DNA of 64,000 nt, from contig OX597815.1 of assembly GCA_951406725.2 (NCBI GenBank), positions 92,442,001-92,506,000 on the forward strand, read 5' to 3'. A model generated the notes under the pieces. That model had not been told where the DNA came from and did not search any database. It saw only the letters and a list, made by a program, of their open reading frames with translations. This document shows positions 1 through 12,884 of the stretch, in pieces; the first letter of the stretch is position 1; every line of letters begins with the position of its first letter. Source of the DNA: Octopus vulgaris. Its lineage: Eukaryota. Both the position numbers and the translations under genes were made by a program.

Positions 1-639
1 TTTATAGGAGCGGCATTGTACAATACGTTATATTTTTGTGGGGAGGGAGGAAATCTGAAGGGCTGCCCCGGGCGGAACACATTCTTGTTACACCGTAGCC
101 TCACTTTTTCGTCGTCATATTGGCATTCTGAGACAATCCTATCTTTACCTATAACAATGTATTCAGGAGTGAGTATGTCCTTCCTTTTCTCAAGATTACA
201 GGGAGTAATTTAAGGGATACTTGTTTGTTTATCTAACATATCGAACGACAATACAGAGTTTCTTTCTTCGACTTCGGTGCATCCAGCATACTTCATGTTA
301 GCACAGTTCCCACCCCTATCAACCTACACAATGAAACAAAAAATATTGAAAATGAAACCAACTGGAAACGCAGGTGGGAAGAAGCAGCTTGTTGTCGCAG
401 GAATTCCAACCATCAGTTCTTGTCCCTACACGTGTTCAACCACCCATAAACACTGACATGTCTATAGCATCAAGCAAACATAAGACAACATATACACTTA
501 AAAGGAGAGCCTCAAATAATGTGCATAGGATGTATACCTCAAATGCAAAAAGCATTTTCTGTGCACCAAGTTCTCTTTACCTATCCCCGCTGTGGCCACA
601 GTCAGAATCAACAAGTGCAAAATAATAGTAATGATAATA

Positions 640-1029
640 TTGGTTTCGAATTTTGGTTCAAGGCCTGTAATTTCAAAGAAGGTGTTAAGTCGATTACATC
701 GACACAAGTGTTCACCTGGTACTTATTTTATCGACCCCAAAAAGATGAAAGGCAAAGTCGACATCGGCGGAATTTGGACTCAGAATGTAGAGATGGACGA
801 AATGCCGCTAAGCAATTTGCCCAGAGAACTAACGGTTCAAGTACCAGTCAATTACAGGGGTCGATGTAATCGATTGTCTCCCTCCCTACAAAAATCCAGG
901 CCTTGTGCATATAGTGGAAAAGGATTATTATTATTATTATAAGTACCAGTTGATCACTGGTGTCGATATAACCGACTTACCCCTCCCCCGAAATTATTGG
1001 CCTTTGTGCCAGAATTTGAAACCATTATT
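640..1029. mobile_element. tRNA-derived SINE family A: one minus copy (~640-838) abutting two plus-strand 3' halves (~839-940, 941-1029)
   Basis: Reverse complement of GTCGACTTTGCCTTTCATC...GGGGTCGATAAAATAAGTACCAG at 715-775, then AAGTACCAG...GGGGTCGATGTAATCGA-like segments with ATT tails twice on +. Confidence 0.75.
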
Positions 1030-1229
1030 TTTTGTTGTTTTCTTTTGGTAAAAGGTAGGTGAATGTAACGCGAATGGCTCGAGTGAACAGGCTTACTCTA
1101 AGAATGCGCCTCTAGATCAAGGGTAGATGAAGTGGAGAGGGCACTTGCCCTAGAGATCAGGACGATCGTGGTTTTGGGGAGTTTCCACGAGTAATCTTTG
1201 GAAGTCTCCCTCTTTTGTGGATTTGTTTG

Positions 1230-2050
1230 GGTTAATGTTGACATTATTACCTGGAAACGAAATCGAAAAAAAAAAGGGAAATGAATATGAAAACAAAAAT
1301 GCCCGGAAAGCAACAGGGGAGTGGGGAGAGACCTTCGAAAATTCACAAGATCCGATGTTTTTCCCTCATAACTTTTAGGAAAATGGGGTTTTTTAAATGA
1401 AATTTCCGTTAATGTTTAAAATCACCTCCCCCCCTAAAAAAAAAATACTGGAAAGGGTATAAAACAATGTATAGGAAACGAATATGAAAAAAAAAATGCG
1501 CGCAAAGCAACGGGAGGTGGGGAGAAGACTTCGGAAAAGTCACAAGATCCAAGCTTTTCCCTCGTAACTTTTAGGAAAATGGGGTTTTTTCAATGAAATT
1601 TTATAGAAATACCTTTCAAACGGTATAGATTACGATTATAAAGAAATTTGTGGGGGAAATCTTTTCCGAGGGGGTGGGGAGAGGACTTCGGAAAATTCAC
1701 AAGATCCGAGTTTTTCCCTCGTAACTTTGGGAGAACTATAATCCTCTTGAAATCATAAATTAGGCTTTTCCTCGGAAACTTAGATGCTAAACATCCCTTT
1801 GAAGGGTTTGGGCCCTTACTTATTGCAGATAGACAGACAGATAGATGTGTGTGTGTGTGCGCGTATTATATATATATATATATAGTAGAAGTAAGGACCC
1901 CAACCCTTCAAAGCGATGTTTAGCATCCAAGTTCCTGAGGAAAGCTTCCCCCCACGCCACGTTGCTTTCCGGGCATTTGTTTCCTACACATTTTTTTAAC
2001 CCGTTGCACCATTCTTTTCGATAAAGTTTTGGGTAATGTCAACATTAACC
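1230..2050. mobile_element. foldback/MITE-like element with nested inverted repeats
   Basis: 17-bp TIR GGTTAATGTTGACATTA at 1230 and its reverse complement ending at 2050; inner ~57-bp IR 1764-1820/1888-1945 around a microsatellite; three direct subrepeats (GAAAATTCACAAGATCC...CCCTCGTAACTTT) at ~1310, 1505, 1670. Confidence 0.6.
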
Positions 2051-2182
2051 TTTATTTGCTATATTTTCATTGTTATTACCTCCTTAAACGATTAAATCCC
2101 ATTCTTTTTGTGTTGTCTGTGCCGTCCCCAATCTTTTATATATACTCTCAGTGGTGAATAAAGAAAGGATTATCATTATTAT

Positions 2183-2320
2183 AAATTCCGCCGAGGTCGA
2201 CTTTGCCTTTCATCCTTTTGGGGTCGACTTTGTCTTTCATTCTTTTGGAGTCGACTTTACCTTCCATTCTTTCGGGGTCGATAAATTAAGTGCCAGTGAA
2301 ACACTGGGTCGATGTAATCA
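2183..2320 (+). mobile_element. SINE family A fragment with triplicated 27-bp internal unit
   Basis: GTCGACTTTGCCTTTCATCCTTTTGGG-like unit three times, then GTCGATAAATTAAGTGCCAG. Confidence 0.75.
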
Positions 2321-2447
2321 AATGTTTCTGTTGTTTTGTTTTATTGAAGATATTGAATAAACGTGCTTTCCCCTCCCCTACTGTTACACCTGTAATATAA
2401 ATTGTGTTGTCATTGTATACTAATTATAGCATTATTATCAGTGAATA

Positions 2448-2640
2448 AAGGCCGGCGAGCTGGCAGAATAGTTGTAGCATGGGGAAAATGTCATGAGTTC
2501 AAATACTGTCGAGACCAACTTGCTTTTCATCCCTTCGAGGTTGATAAAATAAAGTATTAGTCAAGTACTAGAGTCGTTACTATCGAGTAAGCTGCCTCCC
2601 CTTAAGATAGCTGATCTTGCATCAGAATCAGAAACCATTT
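2448..2640 (+). mobile_element. SINE family A
   Basis: GGCGAGCTGGCAGAAT (A box-like), GAGTTCAAAT (B box-like), TTTTCATCCCTTCGAGGTTGATAAAAT core. Confidence 0.7.
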
Positions 2641-3779
2641 ATTATCAGTTAATAAACAACTTAGAATATTCTTGAATTTCCTCTTTTGTTGGTAACATTT
2701 TAATAAAGTGTGATATACTTTATCTCTACAACTTTCCTCCTGGTGACTTTTTACTCTGTCTTTATTTCTCGCCACTGCAAAGCAGACTTGACAGTAGCGG
2801 AAAATCCAGCGTCTCCTAGATGACTGTCAAAACGGAGCTGTCAGGATTTTACCCATGTTTAATAAAATTAAGATAGTTTAAAACTTTTACACGTTTGATA
2901 TCATGAAAGAAAATTTTTTATGAATACAAACGATGTTTGTCTTCTCATTAATTGAGAGAAGAGGGGGCGAAATTTTTATTCTAATAGTTGGAGTGGGGCT
3001 AGTATTTGCCGAGAACCTTTGCACTTATTAACATACCATATAAACCACTACATGCTAAGACTGCACAGTATGATCCTCAATTAGACGGAGACAAGGTATG
3101 CCTTGAACATTGGATCTGTGGATCGTACTTGGTCGATTAATCGATTACCTCCATATCATAGACATGCTAAATCAGAGTTCACCCGAAACTACACAGCAAC
3201 AACCTCGTTTTTAGGCTACACGAATTTTAATGATTCAATATATTGAATTCAAAGAATCGAAATAAAGTACATGTGAACTCTTGGTGAGCCGAATCTGCAA
3301 CTCGGTTTCGATCATTTTGGTTGTACTCAACTCACTTCACTTAAACCATTTGTGCCCTTCGGAAGAGCGTTAAGGTCTCAGAATTTCATCTTCCCCTTCG
3401 AAAAGTGAAGCTTAATGTCTGAATATATCAATATATTAATATGTATATTCAAACGAATGCCAGTAAAAATCAACACTCGTCATTAATGCAGTTCAGTCAT
3501 AACACGTGTCTTATGAGCTTCTTCATCCTCTGTCACTCAATTTTTCTGTCTATTTCTCTCCGGTTTCTTTTATATCTTAACCTCCCTCTCTCTCTCCTTG
3601 TGCATTATCTTTTGCTTTAATTTTGTTTTGCTTTCCCTCACAATAACCATTACTCTCTACCTCTCTAATTCTTTCCTCTTATTCATCTCACCCATCTCTC
3701 TTCTGCTTCTATCCAACCTCACTTCTGTCTCTCATTCTCTCCATTCTATCTTTTCTTTCTCTGTCTCCTTTTCTTTCTC

Positions 3780-4221
3780 CAGAGACGTGCAACCAAACGC
3801 ATACCCTCCATCAGACACCTACCATATTCTGAGCGCCTTGTTTCCCTGGGCATGGATTCACTGAAGCTCCGGCGTTTGGCGACGGACTTGGTAAACACCC
3901 ACAAAGTTATCAACCACCTCACCAACAACAACACTGAACACCTTTTTGATCTCCATGTGTCTAACACACGTGGACATGCCTACAAAGTCAGAAAACAATA
4001 CAGCTCCCATGACTTTCGGAAACATTTTTTCACGCTCAGAGTTGCTGAAGCATGGAATAAACTGCCTGCGTCAGTTGTTGACTGCCATGACACTGCATCT
4101 TTTAAGGCCCTCATGCTTTCCGAAATCCGCCGAAACTACACCTGATTATATATACACTTTAGATGAGTTGTAGTGCACCTGAGCACTGTACACAATTATT
4201 ATTATTATTATTATTATTATT
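3780..4221 (+). mobile_element. 5'-truncated CR1-clade LINE (ORF2 C-terminus, 3' UTR, (ATT)n tail)
   Basis: QRRATKRIP...YSERL...LKLRR...TRGHAYKV...RKHFFTLRVAEAWNKLP, typical CR1 C-terminal motifs; 3' hairpin GTGC-ACCTGA-GCAC then (ATT)n. Confidence 0.85.
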
Positions 4222-4294
4222 TTATCTTCCCTTTCACATACTCCTTGTCTCTTTCTTGAATTACAGATATTTCCTTAGGCTTAGAGTACCAACA

Positions 4295-4430
4295 CATCAT
4301 CATCATCATTTAACAACAGTTGTCCATGCTGGCATGGGTTGGACGGTTTGACCAGGGCTGGCAAGCTGGAAGGTTGCACCAGACTCCAGTCTGATATGGT
4401 GTGGTTTCTACGGCTGGATGTCCTTCCTAT
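4295..4430 (-). mobile_element. RTE-LINE 3' tail fragment with (GAT)n end; other copies at ~7050-7400(-), 33131-33548(+, two), 40050-40220(-), 42270-42530(+), 49960-50225(+), 54565-54900(-), 55905-56080(-), 58480-58695(+)
   Basis: Matches the terminal ~150 bp of the RTE LINE at 27215-27363 (GGAAGGGCATCCAGCTGTA...AACCCATGCCAGCATGGAAA...GATGATGAT). Confidence 0.75.
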
Positions 4431-4905
4431 CATAAAATATTACAGTATGCCACCTCAAGGTAGTGCACCAGCATGGCCACAATCCAATGACTGAAACAAG
4501 TAAAAAAGTTATATAACCAATGCAACATCAGAGCAGGCAGAATAGGCAGTACCAATCTAGGCTAAAACCATAAATATTAATTATTAAATATCAAAAGTAC
4601 ATGATTTCCAAGTATTGATAACACTTTCAATATGAAAAAAATATTTTCCAATTTATCCAACAGGCTTGCGTAGACTTGTGTGAGTGCTGTCTAACACTGG
4701 TGTCTCTTGGCAGGAAAAATAAATCATGTTTACCCTGAAGCATTTTAATTTTGAGAGATTTATTCTAAATTTCTTTAAATTATCTCCCTCATTCCTTTGA
4801 GAGCTACTAATAATTGCCACTAGTTTTTTTTTTTATTGTATTCTTTCTCCTACTGAAGGAAATTTTAATTCATTGAAAACATTTTGCATATTTCATTCAG
4901 TACAA

Positions 4906-5120
4906 AGGCAGCGAGCTGGCAGAATCATTAGCATGCTGGGCAAAATGCTTAGCGGCATTTCACCTGTCTTCACGTTCTGAGTTTAAAATGCCACCAGAGT
5001 CAACTTTGCCGTTCGTCCTGGGGGGGGGGGGATTAAGTACCAGTGAAACACTGGGGTTGATGTAATCGACTAGTCCCCTCCCCCAAAATTACAGGCCTTG
5101 TGCTTTTAACAGAAATGATA
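4906..5120 (+). mobile_element. SINE family A, near full length; further copies ~11880-12065, 14710-15015, 17755-17960 (+) and 10430-10520, 28730-28800, 59060-59160 (-)
   Basis: GGCAGCGAGCTGGCAGAATC...CTGAGTTTAAA...TCAACTTTGCC...AAGTACCAG...GATGTAATCGAC. Confidence 0.75.
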
Positions 5121-5446
5121 TTTCATTCAGTACATCTCTTATTATGCTAATGTCCCATCTGAATTAGATCCGTTAGCTCATCCATCCATCCATCCATCTT
5201 TTCTGCCCACTATTCCTGGGAATATTGTGTAAATCCTCAGGGACCTCCATAAAGTTCAATGAGAAGCATTTGTCATTAAACTTTCCAGCTGGATTCCTAA
5301 GTTTTTACCGACTGAGACTATAGATGTTATCCAACCATCTCATTTTGGGTCTACTCCTGAGTCTCCTACCAGTTACTTGGCTTGAAGAATCCATCATGGG
5401 ACTCTTTTCTGTGACATTCGAATCACATGTCTGTACCTTCATAAAA

Positions 5447-5960
5447 TGAAACCCTCTTCTACACCTGCAGGTAAGAACTTGGCTAGAATTCTCTCTACAG
5501 AGAAGAGCATTCTTAGGAAATGGAAAGAATGTTTTGCTGATCTTCTAAATCTAGTTGCAATAAAATCTTCTGGTGGACACAAGGTGCATCTAAAAGTGAA
5601 GACTAACCTCACAAAAGCTGAAATCATAAAGGCAATTAAAGTGTTCAAATGTTGCAAGGCCACTGGAGAAGATGAAATTTGGCCTGAGATGTTAAAAGCC
5701 TTAAATAGAGAAGATATTTTCTAGCCAGCTTGTGTATGCCAGGTGGCTTGGACCTCTGGAAAGACAGCAAATCAATGGCAATCCGGAGTGATGATCCTTA
5801 TTTTTAAAAAGGACAACTAGAGAGAATGCTCTAATTATAAAGGAATCTCCGTTGAGTCTCCCTGGTAAAGTCTGTGCTGGGTGACTGGAAAAGAGATGTA
5901 GGGAAATTGTTGCACCCAAGCTTGCTGAAGAACTGTGTGATTTCCATCTTGGACACAGCA
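5447..5960 (+). mobile_element. degenerate RTE-clade LINE fragment (pre-RT/RT N-terminal region)
   Basis: WKECFADLLN, KATGEDEIWPEMLKAL, and ECSNYKGIS..SLPGKV-like motif with stops and frameshifts. Confidence 0.7.
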
Positions 5961-6988
5961 CAACCAGAGATACCTTAGCTCATTTCTATAAAAACATTAA
6001 TAGGTGTATAATTTAGTAAATGGCTACTATTTTGATGTTAGACAGGCACTATATCCACTGCTTTTCAACAGTACATGTTGAGTGGTCAGCTCAATAGTAA
6101 AAAAAGATATAGGTGAAATAGAGCCAGAAATTAAACTGCCTCCATATATCTATCGTTAAAGATTGATAATATGTGCATGTGTGTTTGCTTGTGTTGAAAA
6201 AACTTTAAGAGACATGTTTGGTCTTAGACCTTCTCAGCAAAGTATAATCTATAAACTGCTACCAAAATCTTAGTGGGATCTAATAATACTGAAACCTGTT
6301 TGGTATTGTCTCTGTTGACCTAAAAAATTGTGTGTGTATGTGTATATATAAATATGTATGTGCATATATATGTGTGTGTATGTATATATACATGCTTATA
6401 TATATATACATATATACATACATACATACATACATATATATATATATATAAAAATAGATATCATTATTATTAAAAATAATAGCAATAATGAAGTGGACAG
6501 CAAGCTTAACCAAAGTAGGTAAAATATACACAAAAATATACATAAAAAATGTAACAGTTAGAAAGAAGAGTTAACTTTCCAAAGCCACATATTTCTCGCT
6601 ATAAGTAAATACACATGGTTAATGTAGTGAATATAATAAAAGTAGCCCTTAACTTTGCAAAACTACAAAGACAAGTACAAATGTCTCAGTGTCAATTGAT
6701 TTCACCTTTTGTGCTACCAGCATTTAGGATCATCAACTGAGTTTACAGCATAAAGCTATTTTTCAAAATGTATTCACTACACCATGCATGTCTTTATATA
6801 TATAAAGAGAGAAAGAGTAATAATTTTACATTCAAGTTTTCACTGTAGTTTACTAAAGAGATGCATCTGCACCAACAATGCATGACAATTGTACAGCATC
6901 TCACCTGTATGATACAGATGCATGATGAGTTGAAATGATTGTAGTGGTTCTGATAAAGAGTCTCATGAATTCCATTTTCTATCTCCCA

Positions 6989-7030
<42 letters not shown>

Positions 7031-7910
7031 TCATTATCACTACCATTTTCATTTAGTGTCTGTTTTTGATACTGGCATGGGTTAAACAGTTTGACTGAAA
7101 CTGGTAAGCTGGAGAGCTGTATCAGGTTTCAGTTTAGTTTGGTCTTGTTTCTACAGCTGGATGCCTTTCCTAATGCCAACCGCTTCACAAAGTGTAGTGG
7201 CTACCTTTCACGTCATTGGCATGGGTGCCTTTTATGTGCCACCAGCACAGGTGCCTTTTACATGTTACTGGCACTAGCCACAACTATGATTTCACATGGC
7301 TTGCTGTGTCTTCTCAATGATCACTTGCCATTGCCTCTGTAAGCCTCAACATCCAAAGATAATGTTTCACTACCTTGTCTCATGTCTTCCTGTGTCTACC
7401 TCTCTCACAGGTTCCCTCCACACAGACACTGACACAAACACAGTCAAAGTGAATAATCGAACATTAAAAATAACAGTAACAAAACAAGAGGATATACACA
7501 TGGAATGTATTAGTTTGACACTTGGGAAGAAGACAGTTTTTGATGTTTCAAGCATAGCTCCTTGTCAGAAAGGAAAATGGAAAAATCCAGAGTAGGAAAA
7601 ATACCACCAACAGCACATGTAGTTACACACTCACATCTATCCATTCATTCATTCACACATACATACATCCAAACTTACATACATACATATATACATATTT
7701 ATATGTTTACATATATATTATAAAATAAGAGTTGTATATGAAAATATTTTTGGATAGTACACACATATCTTGATATAGAACTCAATATTTCCGAGAGTAT
7801 GTGAAAGAAAGTTAGATGTGGTAGAATTTTTCTTTGTTTAGTTTTGTGCACACGTTCCCTTAGCAGTAAGCCACCGATAGTGATAGAACAGAATAAGAGC
7901 TAGTGAAAGT

Positions 7911-8393
7911 TGTAGGGTCGTGGGATGTTGTCTCGCAGTTGCTGACAGTAAATTTCATTTCTCTCACTGACTATATTTTTTAGTAGCTGCCTTGGTTGTG
8001 ATCATGATTCTAGCAGTCTATTGCCTAACTGATTGAGTTGTCACGAGCCAACTCACTCAGTTGTCAACAAATGACTACTGAAGTGACTAACTGATTTTTG
8101 CTTGGGGTTCTTGCTTCTATAACTATCCAGAAGGATAGACACATAGTTGAGAACAATAAATTTAGTTGGTGGTCTTGTGATATCTCTATTCTAGCTTTTG
8201 GTGAAGTAGAAGAGGTTAGAAAGGGTCAAGTGGTAAAGACATTATTTCAGCCTAGCTAAAGGCACCTGGCATATGTAAAACTGCTGTCACTGAAAAAACC
8301 ATTGTTCCACCGTGAGAAAAGATCTGTTGAACTGTTGATTTAAATTTGGCTATGGTGGATCAAATCAACTTCGTGCTTGCAAGATTCACTACA
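7911..8393 (-). mobile_element. candidate LTR remnant with polypurine tract
   Basis: Termini TGTAG (7911) and CTACA (8393); on - it is immediately preceded by purine-rich GGTGAGGGGAGAGA; no gag/pol seen. Confidence 0.35.
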
Positions 8394-8879
8394 TCTCTCC
8401 CCTCACCAGTGAGGTTCAGAAAAAGGAAACAAATGATTGAAGGAGAGAAAGAAATACATGGCTGAGGAGAAATTTTGTAAATCAGGAGAGAGGATCATTG
8501 AAGTGTATATGGGACAGTTTTCTATTTGGATTAGTTCAAATAGCGCTGTCACTTTGTGTGCCAAAATATGTGCAGTCAGTGACTGAGCAGTACAGCAATT
8601 GAGCACATGTGTGCGCGTGAGGGCGTATACAGGAGTGCAGATGCATGTATCAGAATTCACTGAAAAATAAACTCAGGTGAGATCTTGCAGGGTTGTATTT
8701 CACATGATACTATCTAGTAACTTTATTTGGCTGAACATGTTTCTTAATTTATGATACTGTATTAAAATTATACCCATATTCCTTTATATTGAGTGTGCTT
8801 TTTGCTTTTCTAACTTATGAACCCTCCTTAGACAACTGTATGAATATATATGTATGCATGTGGGTATATGTGTTATTAT

Positions 8880-10420
8880 TCAGTTTATTTCAAGATTTCT
8901 TGCCAATAGAGAAAGAACTGGTTTCTAACCTAGATCCAAGGCTCCTTCATTGGAATTTCAACATCAACAATAGGGTATTTTTATTTATTTGTATGTATGT
9001 ATGTGCAGATTTGTATGTTTTATGAATATTTTCTCATGCATATAGTTGCATATCTAGACATGCTCGTATATATTTAAATGATAAACTTCTGGAAAGTTTT
9101 ACAGATTTTTACATTTCCAGTGATGGATTGGATCTGTAGTCTTCGAATTAGCTTTCTCCTTTCTGGTTTTGAGAAGCCTAATTTCTCAAGATTGGTATTT
9201 AGGCAGTGTGTTACATATCCCAGGGCCCCATTAATTACAGATATAAACCTGAACTTGTAATCTGGATAGAGTAACTGCAGATTTCTCAATAGTTCAGCAT
9301 AAGTGTTCCCTTTTTCACTGATCTTCAGCTTTATGTTAACATCTGCTGGGAAGCTAATTTCCACAACTGTGCACAGTTTCTCTTCTCTATCCCAAACCAT
9401 TATATCAGGTCTGTTGTACTTACATTTTATTGATGTCTTCACTGGTACATTCCACCGTATTCCTTTTTATTATGAATGGCTATGGCTTCTGCCATATTGT
9501 GGGTTCGTATTCCTTTGCCCTCGGGATTATCCCTCTGACGGATTTCATTATAGAGTGTCCTAGCTACAACGTCATGTCTCATCAGTAGATAATACCGTGA
9601 TGACATTTTCAGACAACTGCTTATGATGTGGGTGATATGTTCAGTCTGAACTCCACAGTCTTCACCAGTTGTCACACTTTACAGCTTTACCTGCATCTCT
9701 ATCCCTTTTATGCATCAGGTACTTGGTTGATATTTCTTGTTCCTGGATTGCAAATGCATACCCTTCAAAGTGGGAGGTAGTAATCCGGCTATTGGTCCAT
9801 GATAAACTGCTTTGATGATCAATGTTACTATCATCTTGGAGCTTTCGAATAACATATCCATGCATAGTCTTCTGCTCATATAGGCTCATCCTTTCATCTG
9901 ATGATACATTGTGGTAGAGTCGTGCGACTTCTTTGGACATGTATTCTAGATTATCAGACAAAGAGTACTGCTCAAGGAGCTACATTCCACGTCTTATGAT
10001 GTTATCAGCTTCATGTATGCAAACTTGGTCAAGGTATACACTTTGACACTTGGTTATTAAAAGATGTTGCCGAAGTAATATGATGCGACATTCAAAGGCA
10101 TTTTGGATCAATGTTAAACCTCTACTGCCTTGTTTATGTTTTAGGTAGAGGCAGTCTACATCACTGTTTATGTGGAAATTATGTGTGCTTGTAAGTATTT
10201 TTCGGGATTTCACATTAATGGCTCGGATCTCATCAAGCATCCAATCAAGCAGTCCAAATGTTGGTATGAGTACTGGCACTGCAAGCACATTGTACGTCAG
10301 TTTTATTGAATGCAGAGAGTTCTGAAGTCCAAATTTTCTTTATTCAGCTGTAACATTCTTTAGTGACACATGTTTTGTTACAGGTGCCACTGTAAGATAT
10401 ATTTTCATCCACCCCTAGAC
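8880..10420 (-). mobile_element. degenerate R4/Dong-like non-LTR retrotransposon (post-RT region, CCHC knuckle, restriction-like endonuclease)
   Basis: DVDCLYLKHKQGSRGL, AIQEQEIST, CG..TEHITHIISSC, RHDVVA and NRPDIMVWD...VVEISFP across frameshifted ORFs 9980-10288, 9662-9961, 9439-9675, 9074-9442. Confidence 0.85.
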
Positions 10421-11538
10421 ACTTGGGGGAAACAGTTAATCAATACTGTTGACCTCAGTACTTGACTGGTACTTTATTTTATCAATCCTGAATGGATGAA
10501 AGCGAAGTTGACTTCAGTATATTATAATAACAACAAGAATTATATATTAATACATCAAGGCCAAATGCATTACACTGTCACTTGTAGGCTAAGGGAGCGG
10601 CAAAGAGTGAGACAAAAAGAGGGAGAAAGGAAAAGAGAAAATGGGAAAGGGAAAGTGGAAAGAAATTTTAATGACATGAGGGAGGGGAAATGTAATAGTT
10701 ATTACGCTAAGACACTGTCAAGTTTTGAGTTCAAGGAAGAAACAGAGAGGGCGGAAAGAAAGAGGAAGAGAAAGACAGAGTGTGTGTGTTAGTCCGGAGA
10801 AGTAAGAGAGCAGTATTGCTATTACGTTGAGTGGTTGATTAGTTGAAGAAAGAGGTAGAAAGTAGAAAGAAAGAGAGAGATATAAACATGTTAAATGAAG
10901 GGGTATATGGTGTTGTTGAAGCAAGAGGCAGAAAAGAGAGAGAGAGAGAGAGAGAGAGAGTAATGACTGGAAAGAACGTGGGCGTGGAAAGCAGTTACAT
11001 GGTTTTAAACATTGTATAATAGAACATTGTGACAGACAATAAAAATAAAAGTTTAGTTGTTACAGGTTTTAATGTTTAACCATTTCTTTATCTTCAATCC
11101 AATGAAGTGTCATTGTGAATTCATTAAAGGATAGCAGATAGATGGTTAGATGTATTGACACATAGTTAAATCAAAGTGAATTAACCTTAACAAATATCTA
11201 TGGATGTTCATTTTACTTCTTTGTGTGTAACAACCAAAAGGCTGGGGCACTGCAATTAGTCAGGTCTTTTTTTTTTTTTTCTTCTTAGTTATTTAGTGTA
11301 AATGTTTGTCCATAATGTTAGAGTAAGCAGATACGTAAATTGGCAGAAATGTAAGTAGAATATGATAGATAAGTTTCTTTATTGGCCACACAGGGCTGCA
11401 CACAGATGGGACAAGTTACAAGGTAGAGCTTTTCTTTTGGGGGATGAAAAAAACAAAAAACAAAAGAAACAAAAAAAAAATGGGGTGGCGTAGGTTTTCG
11501 ATCAAGAGGGATCGTAAAAGGGAAGAAAAGAACAAAAA

Positions 11539-11540
<2 letters not shown>

Positions 11541-11597
<57 letters not shown>

Positions 11598-11660
11598 CGA
11601 AGTTGGGTAGGCAGGTAGGTAGGTAGGTAGGTTGATGGGTTGGTCAGTTGGTCAGTCAAT
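11541..11660. repeat. (AGAT)n / (AGGT)n microsatellite
   Basis: Direct inspection. Confidence 0.9.
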
Positions 11661-12354
11661 AGGTAAATTCATTGATTGACTAAGTGTCCCTTCAATACTG
11701 CCTATGTGGATTTTTATACTCTCTCAAAAATTAAATGTTTCAGAAAAATATACAAGTTCATCAATTAACTTTCAAAATAACCATGGAATTTCCACAGGTA
11801 CTGCGAGTAATTATTATTATTTTTTGTTGTTGTTGTTATTTGGGTGGTGAATGAACAAAATCCTTAACATGTCAGACAAAATGCTCTGAAATATTTATTA
11901 TGGCTCTTTACAGACTGGATTCAAGTCCCACCTTGGTCAACTTTGCCTTTCGTCCTTTTGGGGGTTGATAAAATAAAGTACCAGTTAAATACTGTGGTCA
12001 CTGTAATTGAATTATCTACTACCACTAAAATTGCTGGCCTTGTGCCCAAGTTTTGAACCATAATAAATAAAAAATCCTTTTTATTGGCTACAAGGGCTGA
12101 CAAAATCATAATAATAAATAATAATAATTTTCTTTCTTTTTTTTTTACCACTTATGAAAGTGAAAACTAATGATGCCATTTTATCTAAATAGGAACATAG
12201 GATTTCCTTGTTTATATTTTGATTTTTTTGTGTTTCTGCGTTCTTTTTTCCATTTCCCATTTTGAACTTGAAAGTGACAGACGATTTGTTGAAATATTGT
12301 CTAACTGTTAAATAAGCAATCTTTGTTACAAATTGCATCACGCTCTTCTTACTG

Positions 12355-12380
12355 TCTATTATTATTACTACTACTACTAC

Positions 12381-12419
<39 letters not shown>

Positions 12420-12458
12420 CATCATCATCATCATCATTATCATCATTAATAATATTAA
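12355..12458. repeat. compound (ACT)n(ATT)n(ATC)n microsatellite
   Basis: Direct inspection. Confidence 0.9.
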
Positions 12459-12884
12459 TACGTTAACTTGTTCTTTTTGTATGTACGTATCTGTGGTGTG
12501 TGTCATGCTTACTTCAAAGGAAGAAGTGAGTGGCAAAATGAGAGAGAGGAAGTAAGAGAAAAAGAGAAAGAGCGAGAGAGAAAGAGGGTAAGAAAGAAAG
12601 AGTGGGAGAGAGAGTGGAAGAGACAGTGAATGGTGATGGCATTCGTTTTGTGTTTTTAAATGTTTATCACATCACAAGAAAAATAGATACATTGATACAT
12701 ACATGCATTGTTAAATTAAAAGCGGGAGAGAGGAGGGACACAGAGGAAGTGAGAAAGAAAGAGAGAAAGTGAGAGAGACAGTAGATACATAGATCAAAAG
12801 AAAAGTTGATGCATAGACACGTTAAATCAAAGACAAATAGCTACAGCAAATATTGGATGTAATTTTCACTTTACATTACCACAT

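Noticed and set aside
12081-12536. 151-aa ORF with poly-M/I/V 'transmembrane' run
   Set aside because: Produced by trinucleotide microsatellites
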